From positions 9,873,480 to 9,937,479 of the forward strand of contig CM121342.1 of the NCBI GenBank assembly GCA_051530055.1: a DNA stretch of 64,000 nt. The letters are read 5' to 3'. The notes beneath the pieces are model-generated. The model worked only from the letters and a program-made list of their open reading frames with translations. It was not told the DNA's origin and did no database searches. Source of the DNA: Neoechinorhynchus agilis. Lineage: Eukaryota > Animalia > Acanthocephala. Position 1 is the stretch's first letter; each line of letters starts with the position of its first letter. The position numbers were made by a program, and so were the translations under genes. Shown piece after piece: positions 24,701-37,514 of the stretch.

Positions 24701-27700
24701 GTTGACAAATACACACACGTGGACGTGTAAACATGCGAACACGAATCGATACGCACAAGTGCACATAACAATGTACTCGCTAATTAACACTGAAATGTTG
24801 CTAGGAAATAAAAGGAGAGATGTAGAAACTTTTCCAGATACAGGCAAATAAGCACAAAAACTCATAAGTTGACAAATACACACACGTGGACGCGTAAACA
24901 TGTGATCACGAATCGATACGCGCAAGAGCACATAACAATGTACTCGCTAATTAACACTGAAATGTTGCTAGGAAATAAAAGGAGAGATGTAGAAACTTTT
25001 CCAGATACAGGAAAATAAGCACAAAAACTCATAATTTGACAAATACACACATGTGGACGCGTAAACATGTGAACACGAATCGATACGCCCAAGAGCACAT
25101 AACAATGTACTCGCTAATTAACACTGAAATGTTGCTAGGAAATAAAAGGAGAGATGTAGAAACTTTTCAAGATACAGAAAAATAAGCACAAAAAACTCAT
25201 AAGTTGACAAATACACACACGTGGACGCGTAAACATGTGAACACGAATCGATACGCGCAAGAGCAATACATAACAATGTACTGCTAATTAACACTGAAAT
25301 GTTGTTAGAAAATAAAAAGAAAAAAAAAGAAGAGACGTGGAAACTTGTCCAGATACAGGCAAATAAGCACAAAAACTCAAGTTGACAAATACACACACGT
25401 GGACGTGTAAACATGCGAACACGAATCGATACGCGCAAGTGCACATAACAATGTACTCGCTAATTAACACTGAAATGTTGCTAGAAAATAAAAGGAGAGA
25501 TGTAGAAACTTTTCCAGATACAGGCAAATAAGCACAAAAACTCATAAGTTGACAAATACACACACGTGGACGTGTAAACATGCGAACACGAATCGATACG
25601 CGCAAGTGCACATAACAATGTACTCGCTAATTAACACTGAAATGTTGCTAGGAAAATAAAAGAAGAGATGTAGAAACTTTTCCAGATACAGAAAAATAAG
25701 CACAAAAACTCATAAGTTGACAAATACAAACACGTGGACGCGTAAACATGTGAACACGAATCGATATGCGCAAGTGCACATAACAATGTACTCGCTAATT
25801 AACACTGAAATGTTGCTAGAAAATAAAAGGAGAGATGTAGAAACTTTTCCAGATACAGGCAAATAAGCACAAAAACTCATAAGTTGACAAATACACACAC
25901 GTTGAAGCTTAAATACGCGAACACGAATCGATACGCGCAAGAGCACATAACAATGTACTCGCTAATTAAAACTGAAATGTTGCTAGAAAATAAAAGGGAG
26001 ATGTAGAAACTTTTTTCCAGATACAGGCAAATAAGCACAAAAACTCATAAGTTGACAAATACACACACGTGGACGCGTAAACATGTGAACACGAATCGAC
26101 ACGCGCAAGAGCACATAACAATGTACTCGCTAATTAGCACTGAAATGTTGCTAGAAAATAAAAGAAGAGATGTTGAAACTTGTCCAGATACAGGCAGATA
26201 AGCACAAAAACTCATAAGTTGACAAATACACACACGTGGACGCGTAAATATGCGAACACGAATCGATACGCGCAAGAGCACACAAAAATGTACTCGCTAA
26301 TTAACACTGAAATGTTGCTAGAAAATAAAAGAAGAGACGTGGAAACTTGTCCAGATACAGGCAAATAAGCACAAAAACTCATAAGTTGACAAATACACAC
26401 ACGTGGACGTGTAAACATGCGAACACGAATCGATGCGCGCAAGTGCACATAACAATGTACTCGCTAATTAACACTGAAATGTTGCTAGAAAATAAAAGGA
26501 GAGATGTGGAAACTAGTCCAGATACAGGCAAATAAGCACAAAAACTCATAAGTTGACAAATACACACACGTGGACGCGTAAACATGTGAACACGAATCGA
26601 TACGCGCAAGTGCACATAACAATGTACTCGCTAATTAACACTGAAATGTTGCTAGAAAATAAAAGGAGAGACGTAGAAACTTTTCCAGATACAGAAAAAT
26701 AAGCACAAAAACTCATAAGTTGACAAATACACACACGTGGACGCGTAAACATGTGAACACGAATCGATACGCGCAAGTGCACATAACAATGTACTCGCTA
26801 ATTAACACTGAAATGTTGCTGGAAAATAAAAGGAGAGATGTAGAAACTTTTCCAGATACAGGCAAATAAGCACAAAAACTCATAAGTTGACAAATACACA
26901 CACGTGGACGCGTAAACATGTGAACACGAATCGATACGCGCAAGAGCACATAACAATGTACTCGCTAATTAACACTGAAATGTTGCTAGAAAATAAAAGG
27001 AGAGATGTAGAAACTTTTCCAGATACAGAAAAATAAGCACAAAAACTCATAAGTTGACAAATACACACACGTGGACGCGTAAACATGGAAACACGAATCG
27101 ATACGCGCAAGTGCACATAACAATGTACTCGCTAATTAACACTGAAATGTTGCTAGGAAATAAAAGAAGAGATGTAGAAACTTTTCCAGATACAGAAAAA
27201 TAAGCACAAAAACTCATAAGTTGGCAAATACACACACGTGGACGCTTAAACATGCGAACACGAATCGATACGCGCAAGTGCACATAACAATGTACTCGCT
27301 AATTAACACTGAAATGTTGCTAGAAAATAAAAGGAGAGATGTAGAAACTTTTCAAGATACAGAAAAATAAGCACAAAAACTCATAAGTTTACAAAAACAC
27401 ACACGTGGACGCGTAAACATGCGAACACGAATCGTTACGCGCAAGTGCACATAACAATGTACTCGCTAATTAACACTGAAATGTTGCTAGGAAATAAAAG
27501 GAGAGATGTAGAAACTTTTCCAGATACAGGCAAATAAGCACAAAAACTCATAAGTTGACAAATATACACACGTGGACGCGTAAACATGCGAACACGAATC
27601 GATACGCGCAAGAGCACATAACAATGTACTCGCTAATTAACACTGAAATGTTGCTAGAAAATAAAAGGAGAGATGTAGAAACTTTTCCAGATACAGAAAA

Positions 27701-28895
27701 ATAAGCACAAAAACTCATAAGTTGACAAATACACACACGTGGACGTGTAAACATGCGAACACGAATCGATACGCGCAAGTGCACATAACAATGTACTCGC
27801 TAATTAACACTGAAATGTTGCTAGGAAATAAAAGAAGAGATGTAGAAACTTTTCCGGATACAGGCAAATAAGCACAAAAACTCATAAGTTGACAAATACA
27901 CACACGTGGACGCTTAAACATGCGAACACGAATCGATACGCGCAAGTGCACATAACAATGTACTCGCTAATTAACACTGAAATGTTGCTAGGAAATAAAA
28001 GGAGAGATGTAGAAACTTTTCCAGATACAGGCAAATAAGCACAAAAACTCATAAGTTGACAAATACACACACGTGGACGCGTAAACATGTGAACACGAAT
28101 CGATACGCGCAAGTGCACATAACAATGTACTCGCTAATTAACACTGAAATGTTGCTAGAAAATAAAAGGAAGGATGTAGAAACTTTTCCAGATACAGGCA
28201 AATAAGCACAAAAACTCATAAGTTGACAAATACACACACATGGACGCGTAAACATGTGAACACGAATCGATACGCGCAAGTGCACATAACAATGTACTCG
28301 CTAACACTGAAATGTTGCTAGAAAATAAAAGGAGAGATGGTAGAAACGTTTCCAGATACAGAAAAATAAAGGTTAAAAACTCATAAGTTGACAAATACAC
28401 ACACGGACGCGTAAACATGAACACGAATCGATACGCGCAAGTGCACATAACAATGTACTCGCTAATTAACACTGAAATGTTGCTAGGAAAATAAAGGAGA
28501 GACGTAGAAACTTTTCCAGATACAGAAAAATAAGCACAAAAACTCATAAGTTGACAAATACACACACGTGGACGCGTAAACATGTGAACACGAATCGATA
28601 CGCGCAAGTGCACATAACAATGTACTCGCTAATTAACACTGAAAAGTTGCTAGAAAATAAAAGGAGAGATGTAGAAACTTTTCCAGATACAGAAAAATAA
28701 GCACAAAAACTCATAAGTTGACAAATACACACACGTGGACGCTTAAACATGCGAACACGAATCGATACGCGCAAGTGCACATAACAATGTACTCGCTAAT
28801 TAACACTGAAATGTTGCTGGAAAATAAAAGGAGAGATGTAGAAACTTTTCCAGATACAGGCAAATAAGCACAAAAACTCATAAGTTGACAAATAC
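18744..28895. repeat. 167-bp tandem satellite array, about 60 monomers
   Basis: Monomer ...CTCGCTAATTAACACTGAAATGTTGCTAGAAAATAAAAGGAGAGATGTAGAAACTTTTCCAGATACAGGCAAATAAGCACAAAAACTCATAAGTTGACAAATACACACACGTGGACGCGTAAACATGTGAACACGAATCGATACGCGCAAGTGCACATAACAATGTA recurs every 167 bp. Confidence 0.99.
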
Positions 28896-29276
28896 AAAGA
28901 AGAGATGTAGAAACTTGTACGCCAATATGAGCGAATATACGCACACAGACCGATAAAATACGCAGAGGTACCAATAAGTGGAGAAGTACGCGCATGGACG
29001 GTGAAAGATACGACCAAACGGATTCATTCGCGAGCAAAGGATGTCGATACGAGCGAGAATAGATACGAACATCTGTGCATACCAATGGGTTCACGTCGCG
29101 ATTTTAGTTTTGCTCACGATCGTTGAATTTCAAATTTTTGTGCGCTGCAATCATTACATTTTCAAGAATGGTAATTATTTATCATTAAGCAAATAAATGG
29201 TGGTTGTGAACTAAATATTGGCAGTCATATCATGTGGATGATTGATCTCCAAACAAGGATTAAAAACTATTTTCAT

Positions 29277-31204
29277 CTAAATTTCGATCATTTTTCTTAT
29301 TTGTTCAGGATACGGAAAGTATTTGAGTGCACCGATTGCACAAATGGCAGGGGGTCCTGCTGATAGCATTTTTCTCGAAACTCTGACTAGATCATCACTC
29401 GATACTGCTTCGATCATCTCCACTGATTGATTGATTGATCTGTACTCTCCTTTTCCAATAACCTGCCTTACAACATCTTCAAAATAAGCGGGTCGCTGTT
29501 CTAATCCCATTAAATACACTGAACGTAACTGATTCTTGGATCTCCTAACTTCTTCCTAATATTCTGCTGTTAAAATAGTGAAATTTGCATTCACAACTGA
29601 CCTGTGAGTATGAATTCTTTGCGATTTTAGTCAATTGGTTTGTAATCGCCTGTACCATTTGCTGGGCGTATTGTGGATAAGAACTGGCATGCACGCACAA
29701 AAGACCAATGTCACGGTATGGATGAATGGACGTAGTTGCATTATAGATAAAGCCGTGGCGATTGAGCACATTCAAGTACATTCGCGCATACATTCCTTTT
29801 CCAGGTCCACCAGAGCTGAAGGACCCACCTCCACCGAGAAGTGTGCTTAGAACACAAGTGGCATAGAAATCTTCATGAGTGAATGGTTCAGTCTTATAGA
29901 TTGAATTATGATTTTTATAGGTAGTAATATGTTTAATATGAACTGTACTTAACGTGAGCAACGTGATAAAATTTCAGAAAAGCGAATATTATTTGAATTC
30001 CCAGCATCAACGGCGATGGTTTGGGATTTACGGCTATTTAAAAAATTAATTTTAACAATTTTTCTAGGCCACCGTGTGGCTGATGCCGTGATATTTTAAA
30101 AGATCTCAGAAGCAACTTTCCTAGTTCGCCATCAAATTACCTATGGTCAAATCCAATCTCGAAGACCGATACCAAAGTGAAGCAAATCAGGAAACGGATT
30201 TGGTCCGAGACTCATCTTAGACATGTCCTTTTCAATAAGAATATCCCCGCCGGTCCATTTAGCATGCGCATGATCGACCTGCGAATTGCTTGAACCAAAC
30301 TGAAAATTCTTTTGGACACTCATGAGAAAGTCGTTTGTGGATCGTGGTGTTATTCCACAAACCAGCAACCTATTTGGGTTTCGATGTACGTTTTGTACGT
30401 ATCGATGAATGTCATCTTTTTCAACAGCGAGTATGCTATCCGGATCTGGAAGCGTAGGTATTCCTAGGGTTTTCAGACCGAAAGCAGCTTTATGGATTGC
30501 CTGAATTACAACTGGACCGAATTCGAGACATGTATGAGCATCTTCGACTTCACCGATTGCATACCGTTTTGCTTCATCGAGATTTTCGTCCGTGAAATCG
30601 GGATATAGTACACATTCAGATAACAGATGGATCATTGGTTCCATCTGAGATGAATGACATGACACTGCGTAAATTGTCAAATCTCTATTAGGCACGAGTT
30701 GAAAAGTGGATATGTTTAGGGATAAATACCTGCTTGTTTGGCAATCACAAATTGCATTCGATTTCTCTAGTAGTTCAAGTATTGATTGGTGATCACGGAA
30801 TGAAGGTGTCGGAACCATAAATGCCATTTTCGATAGAATTTGCGGTATTGGTTTTTGCGAAGAACGAGCTCCGGAATCTATTGCAACTCCGATTGTACTG
30901 AATGCCGTCGATGAGTGTAAGAAACAGCGTGGTCGTTATGAACACTTTTATAAGGACCGCAATGTTTATCTCTACCCAATGCGACGCGTGGCCCATTCGT
31001 AATATTCAGGACTTCAACGGGATCAGCAAAACGTGATTGTTGATAGGCTACTGTTGCGTTATTTTTTAAAGAACCGGAAATTGGCTTCCATGGAATCCGC
31101 ATGGATGGAATCCTTAAAAACGCAAATAGACATGGAGCCGAATTTATATAAAATTCTTGCCTTGATTTTTGTCGTCTAATTTGATGGAAAATATTTCGTA
31201 TCAT
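29277..31204 (-). CDS. PMPCA: Mitochondrial processing peptidase alpha subunit; 5 exons
   Basis: NG.RVA, FSTIGVAIDSGAR, CDCQTSRD, AKWTGG, LLGGGGSFSSGGPGKGMYARMYLNVLNRH, RSKNQLRS.YLMGLEQRP..FEDV.RQV. Introns at about 30917-30975, 30685-30729, 29896-30161 and 29556-29601. Confidence 0.96.
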
Positions 31205-31349
31205 CTAAAAATTTGACAGGAATAAACTGTAAGCGTACAAAATTTTAAGTATTTTTCAGACTTCATATTTTGTCTTAATAAAAGGCGTTCTCTAATCTAG
31301 CACCTAAATTTAAAAAATACACTGTTCACTACATAAAACATAAGCAAAT

Positions 31350-32745
31350 TTATCTACGAAACCTTCTCCGTCCGCCTCGTCTTTGACCTCTACCGAGTTG
31401 AAATCCGCGCCCTGAACTGGACGGTGGTTCAGAAAAGATTTCATTGATATTTATTTTGCGTCCTCGCCGTCCGCGTGAAGTATCGATTCCGATATCGAGA
31501 TTTTGAACACCTTGTTGAACAACATCCACAGAATTCGGTCCATAGACGTCCGCATAGGTCAGTACGGGACCCGAATAGCAATCGTTCCTTCTACTACCGA
31601 CATTTTCCTTTTTCTCTCGTCTTAAACAACAAAGATCATAGATTTGATCATAAGATTTCCGTATAATGTCAAAACAATCATTTCCACAATTAAGGTCATA
31701 AGGTTCAAATCGCTTTTGAGTGAATTGTCCACTGCCGAGTGATGCAACATCAATAACTTGCCGCCTTTTCTCTATAAAGTCTTCACTTTCTTCCCATGAA
31801 GTATTAGTATCAATAATATCGGCAAGTTTATGACCAGCGTTCCCGGTAATCGGTGTTTGTACAACTTAAAGAAGCATCAGTTTTAGTAAGACCGAGAAAC
31901 ATCGATAAAGGCATCATCACGTTACGAGAATTTAATCGCTACTTACATGAAACTCCAAATGGAACCCAAAGGGGAGGACCTTGAGTTTTGGAACACCTTG
32001 AAACTTGCGACAGAACGCTCTAAAGAATTTAAATACAAAATGCGGACACACCCGTTTAGACCTTATCAGCATTTTTAGATTGAAGACTTTTGACTTTTCC
32101 GCCAAGGATAAAACAGTTCTCCTTCATGTTTAAGATTAGGACTCGGTTTATTACCCTGACACCGATCGATAACCGAATTTTCATTCCGATTTCAAACCGT
32201 GGCATATGGCTAAATTTCAGCTCAAACAATTTTTGTAAAAACTTTGAGTTCACCTATCATCTGGCATTACAAGCGACTCCGCATGAGTCATTCCATCGTT
32301 CAATATAAGCTTTAACAATAACTTTCGAGTGTTTGATATATCATCTTCGTCTTCATCATCGTTCTCGGTTCCGGAAGGTCGGGCACAAATATTTTGAACT
32401 TTATTTATTTGAACAATAATATCTTCTTTTAAACATTTTTGGCTTAGCACTCTTGTATTAAGCACTTCATTTCCGAATTCCTTTATATCCCGCTATAACA
32501 AACGGATTATTGTAATCAAAATTTCGAAATCGTAGAAGGGACATAACAAAAAGATTTGTCGTTTCAAGGATAAGTCCGATTTCAGCCAAAAAGTGTTTAT
32601 ACTTCCAACGCATTTTAGAGGGAAAAACTAATTTGTGGGGGCGCCCGTTTAAGAATTACTAAAGCTAAAATCATTTTTCAAACTATTCGAAACCTAACAA
32701 AAAATACACTCCAGGATGAATATTATCAATATTGCTTAGCCATAG
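31350..32745 (-). CDS. TDRD3/RMI1-like OB-fold protein with RG-rich C-terminus; 5' end uncertain
   Basis: LLLKLILNDG..., IG.KIRL, V.I.N.VLIL...N..ILGGKV..L, then GPPLWVPFG (cf. TDRD3 GPPPFVPFG) and a terminal RGRRGR/RGQRRGGRRRFRR; GT-AG introns. Confidence 0.6.
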
Positions 32746-33249
32746 TCATTCTGGGTTTAAAAGCATTAAGAGTATTTCAATAGACGACTATTATCTGTCT
32801 AATGAACAAAAAGGTTTTCTAACCGCATGATTGATCAAGTTTTGTTTTTAAATTGACAATCGGGAAAGTACTGTTATAATTGAGCAAAGCACTATTCAAA
32901 ATACCACAGATACGGAGAATAAAAACTCTCGGCGCGAGTTAGGTTTGTGGCCAAGGATCCGGTGGAACTATCGCCGATGAACTACTTATATTCCGGGCAG
33001 TTGGAAGCAGATGATGTTCCATCAGACAATTCGGAGGAGAGTTCAAGCCATCAGCTATACAAAGCCACAGAACTGTTCAACAAGCAACATGAACTTTCCA
33101 CACTTCAATGTAGTTACTTTAACACACAAATTTCACATCCCCGTGCGCCTTTGTAGATTCAAGAGGAAGACGTAAGACGTCCGTCCTAGTGCTCATTTAA
33201 AAAACAAAACTTTAATAAAAAAATTTGATAACTACCACATTTTATTGGC

Positions 33250-33625
33250 GAAAACGTTAAAGTTTTATAAAAGTTCCGATTATAAAGGCGAAACACCTTT
33301 ATCCTCTATTTCACCGAGGATGCATCGAGCATTTTCCAACCTTGGTTAAAATTTCTGCGGGTCTCGCTCCGACGGCCTCAATCGTCTCCATGGCAAGAGG
33401 TTGGAAAATGTGGAGCTACGTAAAATTTAATCGTTACATATCCAAGCGATCAAAGTTCCGATCGGAACAAAGGAATATCTTTATCCCCCATTGTCTCAAG
33501 GATCCAGAGTTCCCTTTTTGAATCTCTGATTTTTTTGATAAAAATGGTTTGTTCTTACGACCAAAGATTTTCTCACTTAATTTCTGCGGTACTCGGTCCG
33601 ACGACAATAATTGTCTCATCGGCGA
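33250..33625 (+). repeat. Solo member of the 234-bp repeat family (about 1.2 units plus a diverged 5' part)
   Basis: 33349-33605 matches the unit of the 43.2-45.6 kb array. Confidence 0.95.
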
Positions 33626-35041
33626 CAGATCAAGGTATTTGTATTTCTCCTTTTTTCAACAGGGACCAGTTGCTTGTCGCAAAAATCCACAATTAAATTT
33701 TTATTACGACGAAAATCCCTTCGGTTCATAAATAGGAGCTGATGTGGGATGCTTAAAATCCAAGCACTCAAAACTCATTAAATTTCACTCGTTTTAAAAA
33801 AGGACAAACACTATACGGGGGTTTAATAAATGACAAAATTAAGTAGCCACCGTTTTCAAAAAATAAAATTCCACCTCTGAAAGAAATGTTGAATCGAAAA
33901 CCAATACTGGTAATACACGGAAGAATCGTAACGAGTCCAAAAAATACGTCAGCACCAAAAACGAGTGAAACTATTGCTGTACTCACGTTTAGGAAATAAC
34001 TGTGGAATTGTTCGTCTGTAGTGATAGATCCGTCACTCAAATGCTTCTCAATAATTGCTTGCTTGACGAACCTTTCAAAAAAACTTTATGGAAATTTTGT
34101 GGCCTAATAGGTCTACCATACCATCCACGAATCTTTAAATCAGCGTCGACTACTTCTAGACGATTCATGTTCATTAGTTTACGTCATTCTAAACGTGCCA
34201 ATTACGAGTTATTCTGATCTACGAAAGACACAATCCCAACCTGAACGATTCATAACGTTCAAAATATAAACTTAGCTTTAGTTTTTTAATAACTAACAAT
34301 TGCAAACCTTAAGAAAAAATGTCGAAATAATCCAACGTGAAATATCGGAAATAAATCATCAGTGAATTTAAATCCGGGTGGCAAAACTACCACAAATGAA
34401 CAATAAATTTAATTGTGTGATGGTTCGCTTTGATCCAAAAGAATGCCCTGATGAGTCGTTAGTGTATTTTATGTCTGCATTAGGCAATACGCTGTTTTGT
34501 TCAACAAAAAGCAATAATGAGGTCGTTGATTTTTTGTCGGCCGGAATATCCTATTCAAAACCTCCCATATTTCCTTTCTTATTTGATAAAATAAGGCGAT
34601 CGTTCTTTATTATAAAGTCAAATGTCGAACACAATTAATTACCGAGAAACGATTAAAAAACCCAACTCGCGGTACCTTGATCGCATTGTTTGCTTGACCT
34701 AGAATTTTGAACTTTTAGTCGCCATAGAATTCGCTTTTCAGTAAAAGTACCACACACAAATTCATGTGTTACGGAATAAATTGACCAATATTGATTCGCG
34801 AATAAGTTAAACTTTTTTCGCTGTCCCACAGGATGTTCACATTTGCCGATACCTTACAAAATTGTTTCGTACAATAACGGTAGAAGTTTTTCGGCTCAAT
34901 AAAATCGATTTTCATGCTGCCTAATGACGAAGCTTAATAGTCAATTTAATTTTTTAAACCAATGAAAATCCGGTTTTTTGAATTGCATCTATTTGAAAAC
35001 ATGTTTGTTGAAATTTTTAATTTGGAAATGAATAGTTTAAG

Positions 35042-36837
35042 ATGTCCGGTAACCCATACGCTCGCTCTTATCCCATCAATAAAGTAAGTTTTCAATCGAT
35101 ATTGTATTGATCTTCGGCTTCAAAATTAGGACGCCATAATATCCAAATTCCACCAAAGGAGAGTAAAAAAGCGAGAACGCACTGTTCGTTTTACAGAATG
35201 CCTTGCCTCTAAGACCGAACTGCTGAACACTGAACGTCGTGGTTTCATTCAATTTGATCCCAATGATCCAGAAGATCGCCCATTCGGAATTACCCAAACA
35301 GATATTTTGGAAGATGCGAATCTGCTCATTCGTTCAAAACGGTTTGATTTGAATTTGGATCGATTTGGACCTTACACTCCTCGTTACACTCGCAATGGGC
35401 GCCATCTTCTTCTTGTTGGAAATCTAGGCCACGCCGCTGCTTTCGATTGGCAAACTAAACATCTCCTATTTGAAATGAACACCGATGAAGAAATTAGGGA
35501 TGCAACTTGGCTTCATGATTATTCTTTTTTTGCATGTGCTCAAAAACGATGGACGTACGTTTATGATAGACAAGGAGTAGAAATCCATTGCCTGAAAAGA
35601 TTTGATCGAACTACGCATTTAGATTTTCTGCCCTATCATTTTTTGTTGACAGCCATTAACTCAAGAGGCTATCTCTCATTCCTTGACGTATCCACTGGTC
35701 AACTTATCTCTTGCATTCGAACTTCTCGGTTCGGAGTTGCTCACGCTCTAAAGCACAATCCAACAAGTGGAATTTCGGTTCTGGCTCATAGCAACGGATC
35801 CATCACAATGTGGACGCCGACTTGTTCTGAGTTTGTCGCTGAAATGCATTGTCACACTAGCTCGGTCATTGATGTTTGCTTCGATAAAACCGGAAAGTCA
35901 GTATTTCGGTCGGTTATAAAAAAAATTACGGTGATTTTTTAGCTTACTTTACACGGCTGGAATTGATGCTAAACTCAAAATATTCGACGTTCGGACGATG
36001 AACCTTTTAAAGACCCACAGAATACGTACTCCAGCGAATGGAATTTGCGTGAGCCAAACAGGTCTCGTTGGGATTGCCATGTCTGAAAATATTGAGGTTA
36101 GTCACTTTTAGTAAAGTGATTTTCTTTATCATCCATTGCCCATAAATGTCGAGTTCATTTTCAATCATTGCCGATAAGATCTATCGAATGAAAGCGTTTT
36201 AAACAATTGATTTAAAATTTAGATTTTCAAATATCTCGACCAGAAGGATGAAATAGCCGAAGCGAGGTATATGCTCCACAGTATCCCGAACGCAGGAAGG
36301 ATAAAAACTGAATTTTGCCCTTTCGAAGACGTTCTTGCGATTGGACACAGAAATGGGCTTTCAAGTATAGTGGTTCCTGGTTCCGGTGAAGCCAATTTCG
36401 ATGCTTTTGAATGTAATCCTTATCAGACTAAGGAACAACGAGCTTTCTGGGAGGTACGCGCACTTCTTGATAAAATTCAACCGGACATGATAACACTGGA
36501 ACCGGATAAACTTGCCAATGTTGACGTGGAGGCAGCTTATGATGAACTAGAAAAGAAGCATCAAGCTTTGATAAATAAACAGCCCACGTTAACGCTAAGG
36601 AAAAGAACACGACATAAAAGGAAAATCTCTAGCCGACTCGTGGCTAATAGGCAAGCTCGTGAGCGGGCCATTCGTGATGCCGTTCGAAAGTACAAAGAAG
36701 CTGCAAAGAAAGTTAAAGGACCGATTCCCTTTAATTCAAAGATGGCTAAAGCAAATCGAGCGAAAGAGAAGAAATTAAAGAAGCAAAAGCTACTAAGTGG
36801 AGAGGGATATAATATGTTTGAAAGGTTTAAAAAATAA
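35042..36837 (+). CDS. WDR46: WD repeat protein 46 / Utp7 (BING4); 4 exons
   Basis: ELLNTE..GF, FDL.L..FGPY...YTRNGRHLLL.G..GH.AAFDW, FACAQK..TYVYD.QG.EIHCLK, FCPFEDVL.IGH..G.SSI.VPGSGEANFD.FE.NPY.TK.QR...EVR.LLDKIQP.MI.L. Canonical introns 35084-35129, about 35898-35942 and 36097-36221. Confidence 0.96.
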
Positions 36838-36959
36838 GTAAATTCAGCAATTGTTGCTAATAAAAGAATGCACTGTGGGTAAATACTACTCACGTTTATC
36901 TATTTAAACCTGTATAATTTTTGAAATTCAATCAATCTTCATTTCTCGACAATTAACAC

Positions 36960-37030
36960 ACTCACCACCTCCCGCAGAATTCCAGCTTTTGTCCTTCCTC
37001 GACCGTCGCCATCACGCTGGCAGCATTGCC
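36960..37030 (+). repeat. Short dispersed repeat shared with 52812-52870
   Basis: AATTCCAGCTTTTGTCCTTCCTCGACCGTCGCCATCACGCTGGCAGCATTGC occurs at both places. Confidence 0.85.
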
Positions 37031-37514
37031 TCGTTGTACTGCTAGCGAGATATTTTGTCGAAAGAATACGCCTGCTCTTGAGTCTCCGGTTGCCTCTCTC
37101 AATTTCTTCGAGAGATCCTGGAGCAGAGAGAGTGCCGAGCTGCCGAGCGCTCCATACGTCTCTACCCCAAAGGGGACAAAATAGTGAGCCCTCGATAAGT
37201 GAAGTATTTTGTAACAATTTTTAAGAATTTAAGTAAGGCATAGTTTCTAGGTTTCCGAAAAACAGCTTATTCGTTAAACATTTTTTTATTTACACACACA
37301 ACAACAAAACGTTTCAACAATCACCACCGTCCACGAAGAAGAGCCATCGCTCTCCCCTCAGTGGTCGCGACCAAACTCGCTGCGTCTCCTGTTTGGATCG
37401 CGAGACCATCTTTCTCCTAGTTTTGCGACGGTGAGGTTCTTCATCACGATTAAAAGAAAAAGATTATTTCTGTTTTCAGATGACTCGAGTCTGAATTAGC
37501 CCTTTGTAGTCGGA

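Noticed and set aside
18744-28895. CRISPR-like or repeat-spacer array
   Set aside because: The whole monomer is repeated with no unique spacers, the context is eukaryotic, and there are no cas genes. The same applies to the 234-bp array.
18711-29094. Dozens of 60-150 aa ORFs (MHLRVSIRVHMF...)
   Set aside because: Translations of the 167-bp satellite; the frame shifts with every monomer.
28895-29095. Scrambled satellite-like sequence at the array end
   Set aside because: Looks like a degraded monomer or low-quality consensus; cannot be separated from an assembly artefact without reads.
30917-30975. U12-type (AT-AC) minor introns as the explanation
   Set aside because: None of the candidates has the RTATCCTT donor or a TCCTTAAC branch site near the 3' end.
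32210-32260. Hairpin in a TDRD3-like intron
   Set aside because: A 50-nt GT-AG solution is in frame and the stem is not terminal at the 5' side.
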